Source of the DNA: Somniosus microcephalus
Taxonomy: Eukaryota
DNA length: 64,000 nucleotides
NCBI GenBank assembly: GCA_052327205.1
Contig: CM126202.1
Span: 201,190,001-201,254,000 of the forward strand
Direction: 5' to 3'
Shown: piece after piece, positions 60,422 to 64,000 of the stretch
Position numbering within the stretch: position 1 is the stretch's first letter
Layout: each line of letters starts with the position of its first letter
Notes under the pieces: generated by a model
Seen by the model: only the letters and a program-made list of their open reading frames with translations
The model's database searches: none
Told to the model about the DNA's origin: nothing
Program-made: the position numbers and the translations under genes

Positions 60422-62181
60422 AGGGGGAATTTTTCGGGGGGGTCAGCGGGCACATTCGGTGGCGGGTCAGGTGGGAAAAATTGTTTGACAGCAGGTCATG
60501 ACCCCGCTGTCATCCCGCCGCCATGCAACTTTCCCAAATGTTGGATCTGTCAGGGCTGAACAGAACCGACACACAGCGGCGGGGGAGGCAATTCAGTTCA
60601 TTATGGCCTTGTTAACAGCCCATTAAAAAATATTTTGAGCTCACTGTACCATTTTACGAGGTCGCCCATGGGGTCCACACTGCGCGGGGATCACGTCAGG
60701 TAAGCAGGTCGGGAGTTCTAAGACCATGGGATCATCTCATTACTTGACAACTGCAAATGTGATATAAAAGTTGCCATCTCACAACTGTTCACTTTCCAAG
60801 CTCAGAAGATATTGCTTACTGCATTTGGAAGACAGATTGAGGTTTATGCAGGTTGCAAGTGTTTGGAGCAAACTCAGTGTCACCTCATTGTAATAACCTT
60901 TCTCACCATTGACAGATCGCTTCTGGCATCTCAAGTTCACCTGCCATCTATTACATCAGCATCGGTGCCCTTGAAACTATCTCACCATGGTTCTCAGAAT
61001 CCCACCATGATCAGCCCCAACACCAGCAGCACCAGGCACACCAGCAGCACCAACAGCAACACCAAACTTCTCCGCAATCAACTGATGCTGCACAGGACAC
61101 AGGGCACCAGCACCCGACTGCATTGCTGCTCTGGACGCCAGGGATGACCTCACCATGGCCAGATTTACTTCACTTGATGCTGTACACCCTGACTGTCACA
61201 TGATGTGCCAGGTTGGCACCACCCCACACCAACACCATAAAGCATCTCTATAATGACCAAGCCATTCCTTTCACACTCATCACCATTGCGGAGGGTACCG
61301 TTATGTCTCACCATTCACTGCAACTCACTAAATTATTTCCAAAGGTGCTCACAGACCTGTCCAAGAATGCAAAGTTTTGAAAATAAAGGATTAAATGTTT
61401 GACAACACATTAACAGAAACTTTACATGAACATTGGATAAAACACCCAAGTGGCTACCCTTGTGTGTTGTTAGTTGGTATGATGGCACTAGGATGAGGGT
61501 GAGTGTGAAGGGTGGCTAGTGAGATGGGGATGTGATAATATTGATAGAGAGGGATGGGTGGAGGTGCAAGGTAAGTTGGTGTAAGGATGTGCAGGAGTAG
61601 GGTAGGGAAGGCAGAGTGATGTGGATGTGATGAGTGGCACAGCAGGATGAGGTTGAGTGTGGCTTTGCAGTAACGTTTCATGATCTACTGAGATCATTGA
61701 AAGGTTTGCGCCACTGCAGCCTCATCCTCCTGACAACATCGCTGCTTGTGTCCTCCTGTGCAATGTACAACCAGGCTGTGTTGGTCTCCTGCGGAGGTCT
61801 CTTCAGCTCATCAGAAGGGAAGAGGACCTCCCTGCATGCTGTGACTCCCTCCATAAGCATATGGAGGGAGAATTGGGAGAGCCTGCACCCCTGTAAAGTA
61901 ATTGTTAGTGTTTGCAGCACCACAATGCTGTAGAACACTGACAGCACAAATGTCAAAATCAATTTGCGCATGGTCCCTTTAAGGAAACCAGCTGATGACG
62001 CATCATCAAATGACATCATCAGGCCCGCTTCCCTCAATTGGCTGGCAAATGCGCTGGGTGGGCTTAACAAGCCCAATCAACGTAAAATCATTCTACACAG
62101 CGGGCTGGAGCCAGCAATGGGGTCAGGACCCGCCACCAACGTCGCCCGCCACGGACCCGCTGAGGTGGGGAAATCGTGGCC
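60422..62181. mobile_element. Complete non-autonomous Harbinger derivative retaining a Myb/SANT exon
   Basis: ATT on both flanks. Minus-strand ORF FS...LMEGV..REVLFP...W..IA.......R...QWRKPFNDL (61678-61890). The left half matches 30095-31120. Confidence 0.8.
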
Positions 62182-62252
62182 ATTATGTTTAAAATGTGTT
62201 TTTTTTAAGGATTAGTAGTTTAGTGTTCAGTTCTGTAAACCATAAACACAAT

Positions 62253-62438
62253 GGGGCCAACTCTCACTTTCAGCAGGGGTGGAAAGCTGGTGGTAGCGGA
62301 TCAGCCTCCTGTTGTACATCCTGCCTGATTCTCCTTTCCATTGAAGTCATTAGAAGGGAAAATTGGGCGGGACATGTAACAGGCAGCCGATCCAGTACCG
62401 TCTGTTTTTTGCCCCTGTTGAAAGTGAAAATTACCCCC
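62253..62438. mobile_element. Short MITE related to 14792-14933
   Basis: TCACTTTCAGCAGGGG / CCCCTGTTGAAAGTGA with an AAT TSD. Confidence 0.65.
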
Positions 62439-62889
62439 AATATATGCTAAGAAACCTTTGATGAGCAGCTGCTGGTTTTTAAGTGCGAGTGGTCTGGTTT
62501 AACAAAGTATCTATTTTTGGTGCTCACCCAAAACCTTTCCCCAGGGAGTTACTACACATGACAAATTAACGAAAGGAGTCAATGCTCCAAAATATTTCAA
62601 AAGCCATGACTACTTTGCCTCTGGCTAGGTATATAACAATGACAAATAGATGAATATTCTCACCGTCAGCCTGGCTGAGGGTGTCACATTGTCAAACAAA
62701 CACTTCTTTTTGAAAAGTGGGATTCTATGGCAAAGCCTTTAGGTACCTGACTATTCCTGTATAATGTACATAGGAAGCATTGAAAAGTTTCAGAAACATC
62801 AAGAAAGTGCAATGCTTTTGAACACCAGTAACACTAAAATGATCAATGTTCATGATACTGGAAAAATAGTATCAATTCAAAACATCACA

Positions 62890-63355
62890 TGGGACTGTAA
62901 AATGGTGAGGGGAGTGGACAGGCAGTAGTTTAAGAATTCTAAAATGTGGAGCCTGGGCGGCTGAAGGCTGTCAATGATGCTGCAAAAAGGAAGTGATGCA
63001 CAAGAAGTAAGAGTCATGCAGGGATGGGGAAGGACAAGGTCATGGAGGCATTTGAACACAAGGAGGAGAATTTTAAATTTAAGGTATTGGGGACCAGGAG
63101 CCAATGTAGGTGAGCGAAGACAAGAGTGATGAGCGAGCGGGGCTTGTTGTGGGATAAGATACAGGTAGCAGACCCCTGGTTGAGCTGAAATTTATGGAGG
63201 GTGGATAGAAGTTCAGCGCATTGTAGTGATATTGTTTGGAGGTGACAGAGGCAGATTGGCTGAGGTAGGGATGGAGGCAGGTGTTGTTATGAAGGTGGAA
63301 GTAGGCAGACTTTGTGACGGGATAGACATAGGATCAGAAGCTCAGCTCAGAGTTA
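62890..63355 (-). mobile_element. L2 fragment
   Basis: LKFKILLLVFKCLH. Similar to 40290-40770. Confidence 0.7.
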
Positions 63356-63912
63356 GATAGAATCATAGAACCATAGAATCATAGAATGGTTACAGCACAG
63401 AAAAAGGCCATTCAGCCTGTCGAGCCCATGCCAGCTCTCTGCAAGAGCACCTCAGCTAGTCCCACTCCCCTGCCCTTTCCCCATAGTCCTGCAAATGTTT
63501 TTCTTTCAGGTACTTATCCAACTCCCTTTGAAAGCCAATACTAAGTCTGCCTCCACCACCCTATCAGGCAGTGAATTCCAGATCCTAACCACTCACTGCA
63601 TAAAAAGTTTTTCCTCATGTCGCCTTTGGTGCTTTTGCCAATCACCTTAAATCTGTGTCCTCTGGTTCTTGACCCTTCTGCCAATGGGAACAGTTTCTCT
63701 CCATCTACTCTGTCCAGACACGTCATGATTTTGAACACCTCTATCAAATCTCCTCTCAATGTTCTCTGCTCTATGGAGAACACCCCAGCTTCTCCAGTCT
63801 AGCCATGTAACTGAAGTCCCTCATCCCTGGAATCATTCTCATACATCTTTTCTGCACCCTCTCTAAGGCCTTCACATCCTTCCTAAAGTGCAGTGCCCAG
63901 AATTGGACACAA
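63356..63912 (-). mobile_element. CR1 3' fragment
   Basis: (ATAGAATC)n tail. Close to the reverse complement of 15425-15949. Confidence 0.9.
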
Positions 63913-63916
63913 TTAT

Positions 63917-64000
63917 ACACCCATCACCCTGTGCTCGCTGACCTACATCGGCTACCGGTTAAGCAGTGCCTTGATTTCAAAATTCTCATCCTTGTTTTCA
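63917..64000 (+). mobile_element. L2 fragment running off the window end
   Basis: Reverse complement of about 40438-40520 (CCCATCACCC.TGTG.TCGCTGACCTACAT). Confidence 0.7.

Overview
This is eukaryotic, repeat-dominated vertebrate DNA, most likely from a cartilaginous fish (shark). That assignment is inferred from the repeat repertoire: CR1 LINEs with octamer tails, a SacSINE1/DeuSINE-like element, L2, Penelope, Mag-clade Gypsy and Harbinger. No intact host gene is recognisable. Nearly all long ORFs in the track are decayed transposon ORFs or their antisense shadows. There are three assembly gaps (about 12123-12262, 15994-16158 and 39959-40096). The main structures are: (1) a CR1/L2-group LINE (19083-26387) whose 5' end is a tRNA-derived Pol III-type head joined to a single EN-RT ORF with no TTTT run, split by an esterase-ORF1 CR1 that is itself split by a G-rich TA-MITE; (2) a full-length Gypsy with 199-bp LTRs, a 5-bp TSD and a tRNA-Ser PBS, nested in a two-gene Harbinger; (3) a truncated Gypsy between two Harbinger pieces, inside an old inverted repeat; (4) Penelope remnants with minimal hammerhead motifs; (5) a probable Helitron carrying a minisatellite; (6) a repeat-poor stretch (about 8.1-13.7 kb) with duplicated 15-nt candidate micro-exons on the minus strand. 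All calls were made by eye, and family names come from recalled consensus features rather than database searches.
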